This document shows positions 1 through 7,445 of a stretch of 43,290 nt of DNA, piece by piece; within the stretch, counting starts at the first letter, position 1; each line of letters starts with the position of its first letter. This DNA is from a virus. Taxonomy: Duplodnaviria; Caudoviricetes. The stretch spans positions 1 through 43,290 of IMG/VR virus record IMGVR_UViG_3300049173_000072, one strand, 5' to 3'. The position numbers and the translations under genes were made by a program. The notes under the pieces were generated by a model, which searched no databases, was not told the origin of the DNA, and worked only from the letters and a program-made list of their open reading frames with translations.

Positions 1-108
1 CAGCTGAACGCGGGCAGCCAGCACGCCGCCTACGACCTGGCCGTCCACTCCGGCGACCGGCTGCAGGAGACCGCGATGCGGATCCTCGGCCACTGCGTCG
101 AGGACTGA
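1..108 (+). CDS. 3' end of a truncated hypothetical protein (...ETAMRILGHCVED*)
   Basis: Open frame from position 1 to TGA 106-108 with GC3-rich codons; start lies outside the window. Confidence 0.6.
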   Translation, partial: QLNAGSQHAAYDLAVHSGDRLQETAMRILGHCVED

Positions 109-123
109 CCCGGCCCCGAGTCC

Positions 124-168
124 ACCGCGGTGGCGGGTGTCCGCCCCCCGCTTCCCCGTCACCGCGGT
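124..168 (+). terminator. GC-rich hairpin after the first gene
   Basis: ACCGCGGTGGCGGG (124-137) pairs with CCCGTCACCGCGGT (155-168), 14 bp including one G-U. Confidence 0.55.
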
Positions 169-171
169 CCA

Positions 172-220
172 GCCCCGGCATCCAGCCGTGAGGGCGTCGG
201 TTCGAAGCCGGCCCGGGGCA
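172..220 (+). ncRNA. Minimal tRNA-like structure (acceptor stem plus T-arm only)
   Basis: 7-bp stem GCCCCGG (172-178)/CCGGGGC (213-219) stacked on 5-bp stem GTCGG (196-200)/CCGGC (208-212) with 7-nt loop TTCGAAG; discriminator A220; no D arm or anticodon arm. Confidence 0.6.
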
Positions 221-259
221 CGCACCGCCACCCAGTCATCGAATCGAAGGGAGCCCGCC

Positions 260-349
260 ATGCGCGAGTCCACTTGGGAGATCTTGAGCTTCCTGATCCC
301 CAGCCTCCTTGGTTTGGCCGTCGTCGTCTTCGCGATCTGCGCTCGCTGA
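260..349 (+). CDS. 29-aa single-TM membrane peptide (MRESTWEILSFLIPSLLGLAVVVFAICAR)
   Basis: RBS AAGGGAG before ATG 260; hydrophobic stretch. Confidence 0.6.
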   Translation: MRESTWEILSFLIPSLLGLAVVVFAICAR

Positions 350-407
350 CCGGCTGCCCGATCCGCCCGTCTCGCACGGGCGGTGAGGGGAACCGCTCAG
401 CGTTCCC
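347..407 (+). repeat. Intergenic structured repeat, copy A
   Basis: TGACCGGCTGCCC (347-359) followed by hairpin CCGCCCGT-CTCGC-ACGGGCGG (363-383). Confidence 0.7.
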
Positions 408-430
408 ACCCCTATCGAGAGGAGCCCGTC

Positions 431-568
431 ATGGGCTTGTTCGGCAAGTCGTCCGAATGGAAGGCCGCGATCGCCGTCCTGCTGGCGGCGTGCGGCTGCG
501 GCGCCGATCGGGGCTACGGATGTCCCCGCTGTGGCCGCTGCTTCTGCAACGCGCCCTGCGGCTGCTAA
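431..568 (+). CDS. 45-aa Cys-rich small protein
   Basis: RBS GAGGAG before ATG 431; sequence includes CGC, CPRCGRCFC and CGC (9 Cys). Confidence 0.65.
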   Translation: MGLFGKSSEWKAAIAVLLAACGCGADRGYGCPRCGRCFCNAPCGC

Positions 569-580
569 CCCACCCCGGCC

Positions 581-634
581 TGACCGGCTGCCCTCGGCCT
601 GCGTCTCGCACGCGGGCCCTGGAGAACTGGCGCA
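581..634 (+). repeat. Intergenic structured repeat, copy B
   Basis: TGACCGGCTGCCC (581-593) followed by hairpin GGCCTGCGT-CTCGC-ACGCGGGCC (596-618). Confidence 0.7.
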
Positions 635-669
635 GTGAACCCCCACTCCTTCTGACCTGTGAGGTCGTC

Positions 670-870
670 ATGTTCCGCTTCATCGCCTGGGCTTCCCTGG
701 CCCTCTATCTGCTGATTGTCGGCCTGTGGCCGTCGGCTGCCGCCCCGGTCGGGCTTGCTTTCGAGGGCCTCGGCGCGGTCGCCGCGTCGATCCCCGGGCC
801 CGCCCTGCTGCTCCTCGCCGGCATCGCCTGGCTGCGCCACAAGCCCGCCCCCAAGACCGCCACCGCCTGA
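670..870 (+). CDS. 66-aa membrane protein, spread (Spd)-like
   Basis: RBS GAGG before ATG 670; two hydrophobic segments; lies upstream of the traB-like gene. Confidence 0.7.
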   Translation: MFRFIAWASLALYLLIVGLWPSAAAPVGLAFEGLGAVAASIPGPALLLLAGIAWLRHKPAPKTATA

Positions 871-892
871 ACCCCGGAAGGAACCGATCACC

Positions 893-2104
893 GTGAGCAG
901 CTGGTTCGAGGAGCGTCGCGCCGACAAGGCGGAGGACGCCAAGCAGCGGCGCCTCGATGAGGACCACCGGGCCGAGCTGCGCCGCAAGGAACGCCGGAAG
1001 GACCGCGACGAGGCCCGGGAGATCAAGGCGCAGGCGCGGCGCGAGAAGGCGCAGCGCCGCCAGGCCCGCGCCGCCCGCCGGGAGAAGACCCTCACCCCCG
1101 GCAACGTGTACCGCAAGGGGACGCTTGGTCTCGTCGGCCTGTCGGCCCTTGCCTCCCTGCCCGCCCAGGTCCTGCACTTCGTTGCGATCCACTGGATGCT
1201 TTTCCCCATCGGCCCCGCCGTCGAGGGCGCGGCGTGGGTGATGGCGGCCGGTGTTGCCTACGCGGATGAGCGGAAGCTGCCCGTCTGGGTGCGGTGGCTG
1301 CTGCGGGTCCTGTCGCTGTCCGCGGCCGGATTCGCCGCCAACATCAACTACCAGTACGGGCTCAGCCTCACCGGCCACGGCGTCAGTCCCGGGGACGCTC
1401 AGGTTGCCGGCCTCGGTCTCGCCGCGGTCACGCTCGGCGGCCCGCTGTTCTTCGAGGTCCGGCAGTGGGTCCTCACCTTGACCGCGTCGGCCGTCGATCC
1501 GAAGAAGCAGGCGGAGGCCAAGGCCCGCGCCAGGCACGAGAAGCGGCGCGGGAAGAAGTTCAGGGACGTTGCGACCCGTCAGCAGCAGCTGCTGCTTGCC
1601 GCCCCCTTCGGGACGCTCAAGCCCGAGGAGGCGTGGGCTCGCGCCTGGTGGGACGTGAACGGTGCGCCCGTCAGCGTTACCGCCGACGTGATCGCCGACC
1701 GGCTCGACGCCGAGGCCGACGTGGCCGCCGTCCTTGCCTACGCCGAGCAGACCCCGGAACGCCTCGCCGTCGAGTTCCTCCTCGCCGACGTGTTCGGCCC
1801 CGAAGGCGGCGACGGAGGCCCGTCCGGAACCGGCGCCAGCATCCCCGACGGCGGACCGCGCGGAGGCACCCCCAAGGGGCGTACAGCCCTTGGGGGTAAA
1901 GGGAAGCGCCCTGTTTCGAGTACGGCCGACACGGAGCCGCTGAAGCCCCTCGCTGAGGCCGATCTGAAAGCCGTCAGGAAGCTCGCCGAAGCTCTCGGCG
2001 GAGCGGACCGACTGTCCGCCCGCAACGTCCGCGAAGCAATCGGCTGCCGCAACGACTACGCCATCCGACTGCGCGACGCCGTCCGCACCGAGACGAAGGA
2101 CTGA
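893..2104 (+). CDS. Multi-pass membrane protein, SpdA/SpdB2-like (DUF2637-type), 403 aa
   Basis: GTG 893 with AAGGAA RBS; charged coiled-coil N-terminus, about 4 TM segments, C-terminal HTH-like LSARNVREAIGCRNDYAIRLRD; directly upstream of the FtsK-like gene. Confidence 0.7.
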   Translation: MSSWFEERRADKAEDAKQRRLDEDHRAELRRKERRKDRDEAREIKAQARREKAQRRQARAARREKTLTPGNVYRKGTLGLVGLSALASLPAQVLHFVAIHWMLFPIGPAVEGAAWVMAAGVAYADERKLPVWVRWLLRVLSLSAAGFAANINYQYGLSLTGHGVSPGDAQVAGLGLAAVTLGGPLFFEVRQWVLTLTASAVDPKKQAEAKARARHEKRRGKKFRDVATRQQQLLLAAPFGTLKPEEAWARAWWDVNGAPVSVTADVIADRLDAEADVAAVLAYAEQTPERLAVEFLLADVFGPEGGDGGPSGTGASIPDGGPRGGTPKGRTALGGKGKRPVSSTADTEPLKPLAEADLKAVRKLAEALGGADRLSARNVREAIGCRNDYAIRLRDAVRTETKD

Positions 2105-2113
2105 GACCCCGCC

Positions 2114-4198
2114 ATGGCCACCCCGTTGACCGACGAGCGCACACCGCTGACGCTCGTGAAGGACACCCCCGCGCCGGCCCCGGCGTTCGAGTTCGAGAAG
2201 CGCCCGCGCCCCGCCTGGATGATGTCCGGCGAGCAGCTGCGGCAGTGGGCCGTGTACGCCCGCGACAACGCGTTCGACGCGATCCGCTTCCATGCCGCCC
2301 ACTCTCCGTACTACCTCGGCTGGTCGGTGCGCGGCTACCGCCGGCTCTGCCTGCGGTGGTGGGAGGCGCGGCACGACGACTACCGGCAGCAGATCGCCAC
2401 CGCCAAGCTGATGCTCCGCCAGGCGAAGGAGCAGCCGCGCGGAGCCGCCCGGGCCGCCGACGAATCGAAAGCCCGCGCCCTCCTGGAGGTACGGCGGGCC
2501 GAGTTCAAGGCGCACAAGAAGCGGCACTGGATCCGCACCGGCATCAGCGGCCTGGTCATTGTCGGCGGCGCGTCCGCCGTCGCCGCTCTCGGCAGCTGGT
2601 GGATGCAGCTCCTTCTCGTCATCGCGGTCATGGTCGCTGGCGCCTGGTTCGGCAGGCCCGAGCAGCCTGTCGCGCGGCCGGTCCAGGCGCCGACCCGCGT
2701 CAGCCACCTCGGCGAAGAGACGATGCGGCGCGTCCTCGTCGAAGCCGGCGCGGTGCCGGAGAAGCGCGGCGGGGAGATTCGCGGCGTCGGTATCCCCCAC
2801 ACCGACGGACCCGGCATCGCCTACGCCGTACACACCCCGTCTGGCATCCCGGCATCGGTCGCCGTCGCCAAGAAGCAGCAGATCGCCGCGGCGCTCGGCG
2901 TGCACTCCGACTGGATCGACCTGTCCGTCGGTAGCGTCGAGACGTTGCTGCTGATCTGGACCGCCAGCGAGGACCCGTTCGGCGTGGTCCGGCGGTCCCC
3001 GCTCATCGGCCACAAGGGTCCCCTCGACCTCTGGAACGAGGGCGCGCCCATCCTCTTCGGTAAGCGCGGCAACGTCATCCGGATGCGCCTGCGTGACCTG
3101 ATGATGCTGATCGGTGGCCGGACACGCAGCGGCAAGGGCATGCTCCTCGCGAACCTGAACCTGGCTATGGCCAAGGACGTGCGCATCAACCTGCGCCTCT
3201 TCGACGGCAAGGCGTCCGGCGAGCACAACGCCCTCGCCCCGCTGCTGGCCACGTTCGTGAAGAAGAACCCCGAGCGGCTGCTGATGTTCACCCGGGCCGT
3301 GATGGAGGACCTGGACCGCCGGGCGGACTTCCTCGACGAGCGTGGCAAGTCCAAGCTCACCGAGGACCTGATCGAGGAGATCGGCGGGATCGAGGTCATC
3401 GAGATCGACGAGCTGGCGACGTACACAGCTAAGGGAACCAGCCCGTTCGTCGAGGAGATCGTCGAGAACCTCTGCCAGATCGCCGCCGTAGGCGCAGGGC
3501 TGGGCGTCCTTCTGGAACTGGCCACCCAGGTCCCGGAGGTCGATGTCGTGCGCGGCCGGCTGCGCCAGAACCTTGTGGCTCGGGCCGCGATGAACACCGA
3601 GTCGCCGCAGGCATCCAACACGATCATGGGCGACGGGATGGCTGGGCAGGGATTCGATGCCTCCCAGATCCCGCTCGACCAGCGAGGGCGCTGCTGGTTC
3701 AGCACCCCTGACACCGGAACGATCCCGGCCCGCTCGGGCCTCGTCGAGGACGACGACCGGCCGCCGGTCATCGCCGAGGGCTACGAACTGCGCAAGGCCG
3801 CGGGGCGCCTGCCTGGTCAGTGGCGCGACCCGATCGAGGAGAAGCTGATCGCCTTGACCGGCGTGTCGTCGGCAGCCGGCGGCGAGCGGGGCAACGGGCG
3901 CATCGTCCGGGTCACCCTCCTGGAACGACTGGAGATGATCGCCCGCGCCACCAATCGCGGGGGAGCGACGAACGCCGAGGTATTCGCCGCGCTCGCCGCA
4001 ACGAACAGCGCCAAGTACGGGCGGCAAGACGGCGAGACGGATCGTGGCTGGACCACCCGCGTCGGGAAGCTCCTGAAGGACGAGATCGAGGGGCTCGGCG
4101 TCGACCTGGAGGTCAAGCGGGTCCCCGGCCCGGACGGGGAGCGCACTCCCGGCTACCTCCTCACCGACATCATTACCGCCCGGAATGTCCGCACATGA
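2114..4198 (+). CDS. traB: FtsK/SpoIIIE-family conjugative DNA translocase (Streptomyces TraB type), 694 aa
   Basis: N-terminal TM pair, Walker A GGRTRSGKG (3113-3139), LFDGK, Walker B IEIDEL, LATQVP motif, C-terminal wHTH-sized domain; flanked by Spd-like genes and repeat locus. Confidence 0.85.
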   Translation: MATPLTDERTPLTLVKDTPAPAPAFEFEKRPRPAWMMSGEQLRQWAVYARDNAFDAIRFHAAHSPYYLGWSVRGYRRLCLRWWEARHDDYRQQIATAKLMLRQAKEQPRGAARAADESKARALLEVRRAEFKAHKKRHWIRTGISGLVIVGGASAVAALGSWWMQLLLVIAVMVAGAWFGRPEQPVARPVQAPTRVSHLGEETMRRVLVEAGAVPEKRGGEIRGVGIPHTDGPGIAYAVHTPSGIPASVAVAKKQQIAAALGVHSDWIDLSVGSVETLLLIWTASEDPFGVVRRSPLIGHKGPLDLWNEGAPILFGKRGNVIRMRLRDLMMLIGGRTRSGKGMLLANLNLAMAKDVRINLRLFDGKASGEHNALAPLLATFVKKNPERLLMFTRAVMEDLDRRADFLDERGKSKLTEDLIEEIGGIEVIEIDELATYTAKGTSPFVEEIVENLCQIAAVGAGLGVLLELATQVPEVDVVRGRLRQNLVARAAMNTESPQASNTIMGDGMAGQGFDASQIPLDQRGRCWFSTPDTGTIPARSGLVEDDDRPPVIAEGYELRKAAGRLPGQWRDPIEEKLIALTGVSSAAGGERGNGRIVRVTLLERLEMIARATNRGGATNAEVFAALAATNSAKYGRQDGETDRGWTTRVGKLLKDEIEGLGVDLEVKRVPGPDGERTPGYLLTDIITARNVRT

Positions 4199-4361
4199 GG
4201 TCTGACGGAGGTCTGCCACCGCACGGATAACCGCAGGTCGCAGGTCTGCCACAGGTCTACCGACGGGAGCCAGCTGGCCATCCCGACGGGGTCACGTGTC
4301 AGACCTGCGGCAGACCTCCCACCTGCAGCTTTACCGCCCACGGCAGACCTCAGACAGACCC
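4198..4361. repeat. clt-like locus: AGGTCTG-type repeats arranged as a large imperfect inverted repeat
   Basis: AGGTCTG at 4198, 4209, 4242, variants at 4235 and 4253; CAGACCT at 4300, 4311, 4344, variant at 4355; arms about 4198-4260 and 4298-4361. Confidence 0.8.
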
Positions 4362-4374
4362 AAAGGAGGCCCGA

Positions 4375-4974
4375 ATGCTCACCCTGAAGATCGAGACAAT
4401 GACGATCAACGGACACCCGTACCGGTGCCCCGAATGCGCCTCCGAAGCGTTCACTCTCGACGGCGCCGGCTTCATCGACCGGATGCCCGTCCGCGGCAAC
4501 TGCTGGAGCTCCCACAGCTGGGAGGAGCCGCTCATCACTGTTGGCGACCTCCGGCTCATCCAGGCCAGCAGCACCGGCCGCCAGCGCGCCGAAGACCAGG
4601 ACACCTTCGAGATCACCATCGGTCGGGCCGTCCTCGCCGGAGTCCTCTACCCGCAGCCCACCCTCGACGACCTGAAGAAGGGCGCCTCTCTCTACTGGAA
4701 GCGGATCGTTAAACCCGCCCTCCGCCGCCAGCGTCGCACCGCCCTCCGGGCAGCCAAACGGCCCGTCAGCAACGCCGTCGCCCACGCCAAAGCCGCAGCC
4801 ATCGGAGCTGCCTGGGGCATCCAGACCGGCGACGCCGACCCCGACTACCAGCCCGAGCCCGTCAACCCGTGCGCCGCCTGCGACGGCCGCGGCAAGTTCA
4901 CGATCACATCCAACGTTCACGACACCACCACCGTCCGCTGCGCCGTCTGCCACGGCACCGGCGAAATCGACTAG
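4375..4974 (+). CDS. Zinc-ribbon protein with C-terminal DnaJ-like CxxCxGxG finger
   Basis: RBS AAAGGAGG; CPEC near N-terminus; CAACDGRG and CAVCHGTG at C-terminus. Confidence 0.8.
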   Translation: MLTLKIETMTINGHPYRCPECASEAFTLDGAGFIDRMPVRGNCWSSHSWEEPLITVGDLRLIQASSTGRQRAEDQDTFEITIGRAVLAGVLYPQPTLDDLKKGASLYWKRIVKPALRRQRRTALRAAKRPVSNAVAHAKAAAIGAAWGIQTGDADPDYQPEPVNPCAACDGRGKFTITSNVHDTTTVRCAVCHGTGEID

Positions 4975-4987
4975 GAGACCAGACCCC

Positions 4988-5473
4988 ATGCCCGTCCTGC
5001 CCGAGCCGACGCCCACCGCCCCCGCGGCCGGGCAGACCCACAACCCGCTCACCGACTCGATCCTCCAGGCCGCCGTCAACGACGCCCTCACCAAGACCTT
5101 CCACCGCGACGACACCCCCGTCCCGACCGTCGGCAGCGCCCCACCCGTCGCCCAGCCCGGCCGGCCGCCCATGAGCCAGAAGGCCGTCGACGTCAGCAGC
5201 ATCATGCTCGCCGGCAGCGTCGCCTCCGTGCCCCTCGGCGGCATGACCTGCCTCGTCCTCTACACCCTCAACCAAGTCGACCCGGTGAGTCTGACGATCG
5301 GCGCGAGTGCCCCCGTTGCCCTCGTCCTCGCCATCGGCGCCCTGCTCCGCCGGGCCCGCGGCGTGCTGCCCGACGAGCACCACCACCACTACGACGGGCC
5401 CGTCTACCAGGACCAGCGCAACGTCCAGACGTCGACCCGCGGCGTCTGGGCCAAGACCACCAACCAGCAGTAG
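4988..5473 (+). CDS. Pro-rich two-TM membrane protein, SpdD-like
   Basis: RBS AGGAG; Pro/Thr-rich N-terminus, two hydrophobic helices; typical position in Streptomyces transfer modules. Confidence 0.7.
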   Translation: MPVLPEPTPTAPAAGQTHNPLTDSILQAAVNDALTKTFHRDDTPVPTVGSAPPVAQPGRPPMSQKAVDVSSIMLAGSVASVPLGGMTCLVLYTLNQVDPVSLTIGASAPVALVLAIGALLRRARGVLPDEHHHHYDGPVYQDQRNVQTSTRGVWAKTTNQQ

Positions 5474-5488
5474 AACTGCTAGCGCTAC

Positions 5489-5517
5489 TTGCTAGCTGAT
5501 CGTTGAAACTGTAATCT
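5489..5517 (+). promoter_or_regulatory. Sigma70-type promoter, possible late promoter
   Basis: TTGCTA (5489-5494), 17-nt spacer, TAATCT (5512-5517); two TGCTAGC copies overlap or precede the -35. Confidence 0.6.
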
Positions 5518-5556
5518 CCGAAGTCGATGGTGGAACACCCATCCCAACAGCACCTC

Positions 5557-5588
5557 AGACCCCCGCGAAGAACACCGCGGGGGTCTTC
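5557..5588 (+). terminator. Hairpin or attenuator just downstream of the promoter
   Basis: Perfect 11-bp stem AGACCCCCGCG/CGCGGGGGTCT with 8-nt loop. Confidence 0.65.
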
Positions 5589-5606
5589 GCGTATCCGGGA
5601 GGCCGA

Positions 5607-5837
5607 ATGCCGACCTTCACCAACCCGGGCCTGCGAGAGATCTGCGAACGCGAGCACCTCGGCACCATCTGGGAAGCCGCCCGCATCGCAGGCGTCAAGC
5701 CCGGCACCATCCGAGTCTGGGAATCCCGCGGCAAGATCGAACGCATGCCGATCGGAGACGGGCAGCCGCTGTACCACCTGCCCACTGTGGAAGCCGCCTC
5801 CAAGGTCCGCGGCGGTCGGCCCGCCAAGGCAGCCTGA
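5607..5837 (+). CDS. MerR-like HTH DNA-binding protein, 76 aa
   Basis: TIWEAARIAGVKPGTIRVWESRGKI; RBS GGGAGG. Confidence 0.8.
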   Translation: MPTFTNPGLREICEREHLGTIWEAARIAGVKPGTIRVWESRGKIERMPIGDGQPLYHLPTVEAASKVRGGRPAKAA

Positions 5838-5945
5838 TCGTCCCGCCGTCCGTCGCGCTACGGAGGCAACAGCTCAGAACCGGCAGTCCCAGCGGATCAC
5901 TTGGGCCATCATTGCGGCTCAAGAACCGCGACAGAGGGGACGGCC

Positions 5946-6326
5946 GTGTTCGGTAGCAAGAAGAGTGACGAGGAAAAAGCTGCAGCCAAACGCATGCGCC
6001 AGATCACGGGGGCAGCAGCATCGGCCGGACTCACCGTAATGGGCGGGAAATTCAGAGCGCCCAACCAAGAACCAGTAGACGTTGACGGAGCCCGCGTCAC
6101 CATCGAGCGAGGCGAAGAAGCAGGAAAGCGTGTCACAGCCACACGCGTACTCCTCACAGGACTCTTCGCCCTGGCGCTGAAGAAGGACATGAACCAGCTG
6201 TTCATCACCATCGAGAACGGCACTCAGGTCATGCTCTGCCCGGTGCCCGCCAAGAAGGAAGCCGCAGCCCGCATCCTCGCCACCATGGTCAACGGTGAAG
6301 CGACAGGCGTAGGCAAGATCGAGTAG
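5946..6326 (+). CDS. Hypothetical moron-like protein, 126 aa, one hydrophobic helix
   Basis: RBS GAGGGGA before GTG 5946; visibly more A-rich codons; VTATRVLLTGLFALALKK; own terminator downstream. Confidence 0.7.
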   Translation: MFGSKKSDEEKAAAKRMRQITGAAASAGLTVMGGKFRAPNQEPVDVDGARVTIERGEEAGKRVTATRVLLTGLFALALKKDMNQLFITIENGTQVMLCPVPAKKEAAARILATMVNGEATGVGKIE

Positions 6327-6342
6327 CACGCATCGCGTCGAG

Positions 6343-6369
6343 GAGGCCCCGCTCACATTGCGGGGCCTC
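6343..6369 (+). terminator. Intrinsic terminator-like hairpin
   Basis: GAGGCCCCGC-TCACATT-GCGGGGCCTC. Confidence 0.65.
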
Positions 6370-6391
6370 ACGCATATCTAGGGGAGGTCCC

Positions 6392-6916
6392 ATGAATGCC
6401 GACCACCACCTGGATTCGGACACCGTGCGAGAGAAGCGATGCCCGAAGTGTGCACAGTGGCTGAACGTTCGTTGCTTCAGTAGGAATAAACGGCAAGCGG
6501 ACGGGCTCCAGAGTTACTGCAAGCCGTGCATCGACAGCTACCGCACGGAGCGCGGGTACAAGCTGAGCTCCGAGGCGATGAGTCGGAAGCGCCAGAGGGA
6601 TCGAGATGCGTACAAGGAGAGCCCCGACAAGTGGTGGGAGCAGAACCTCATACGCAAGTATGGGATCACCGCTGAGCAATACGCCGAGATGCTTGAGGGG
6701 CAACAGGGCCTGTGCGCCATCTGCCTCCGTCCGCCGGGTAAGAAGCGCCTTCACGTGGATCACTGTCACAGCAGTGGGCGAGTGCGTGGGCTCCTGTGCG
6801 ATGACTGCAACCTTGGGATAGGCAAGCTCGGGGACGACGCGGCCAGGGTGACATCGGCCGCCGCCTACCTGCAGCATGGACCCGGTTTCCGTGAGATGAC
6901 GCTGATCGTTCAGTAG
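6392..6916 (+). CDS. Endonuclease VII-family (His-Me finger) nuclease, 174 aa
   Basis: KYGITAEQYAEMLEGQQGLCAIC...LHVDHCHSSGRVRGLLCDDCNLGIG; N-terminal CPKC and CKPC zinc finger. Confidence 0.88.
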   Translation: MNADHHLDSDTVREKRCPKCAQWLNVRCFSRNKRQADGLQSYCKPCIDSYRTERGYKLSSEAMSRKRQRDRDAYKESPDKWWEQNLIRKYGITAEQYAEMLEGQQGLCAICLRPPGKKRLHVDHCHSSGRVRGLLCDDCNLGIGKLGDDAARVTSAAAYLQHGPGFREMTLIVQ

Positions 6917-6962
6917 GACCCCTCGAGCGGTGATGTAGGCGACTTGCTCTCGGAGGTAATCC

Positions 6963-7376
6963 ATGCCGGTGTCCCCTCCAACGCGCTGCGGCGCCATGGG
7001 ATGCAAGGAGTTCGCCACCAACCGCGGGCGCTGCGACGAACACCAGCCGCAACCGTGGGCCAACCGGGCCCGCAAGCAAGACCGCTACGGGATCAGCTCG
7101 GGCACCTGGCGCAGCCTCAAACGGCAAGTCGACCGGCGGGACAACCACACCTGCTACGTCTGCGGACGTGAAGCCGAAGAAGGCGAACCCCTCGACCTCG
7201 ACCACAAGAAGCCCATCGCTGAAGGCGGATCACCGAAGGACATGGACAACCTCGGAATGATCTGCCAGCCATGCCACGAGATCAAATCCAAAGCCGAAGC
7301 CGCCCGAGCAAATCGGGAAAGATCCCTTCTCCGAAAGATTTCCAGGGGGATAGGGGAGTCAAAATCTCTGGATTGA
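6963..7376 (+). CDS. Terminase-associated HNH endonuclease
   Basis: RRDNHTCYVCG...LDHKKPIAEGG...DNLGMICQPCHEIKS; immediately upstream of terS. Confidence 0.9.
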   Translation: MPVSPPTRCGAMGCKEFATNRGRCDEHQPQPWANRARKQDRYGISSGTWRSLKRQVDRRDNHTCYVCGREAEEGEPLDLDHKKPIAEGGSPKDMDNLGMICQPCHEIKSKAEAARANRERSLLRKISRGIGESKSLD

Positions 7377-7445
7377 TCGTCTGGGGGCCCGCCGCGGTCA
7401 GTGAAAAAGACCTGCGCTCAGAATCTGGGATAGGGGGTCTGGATC
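7345..7445. other. Candidate cos (packaging initiation) region
   Basis: HNH/terS junction typical of HK97-like cos phages; direct repeat GGGATAGGGG at 7347-7356 and 7427-7436 flanks GC-rich GGCCCGCCGCGGTC; exact cut site not determinable. Confidence 0.5.

Noticed and set aside
172-225. Functional tRNA gene
   Set aside because: Only about 49 nt, no D arm, no anticodon arm and no CCA; kept only as a tRNA-like element
680-4252. 1190-aa minus-strand ORF and other long antisense ORFs (7525-9150, 9196-10941, 13264-14991, 18673-20781, 21136-23481)
   Set aside because: Shadow frames of real plus-strand genes in high-GC DNA; no motifs, and they fully overlap well-supported genes
4198-4361. CRISPR array or replication iterons
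   Set aside because: Units are 7-8 bp with no unique spacers, and no cas or rep gene is adjacent; position after traB fits clt better
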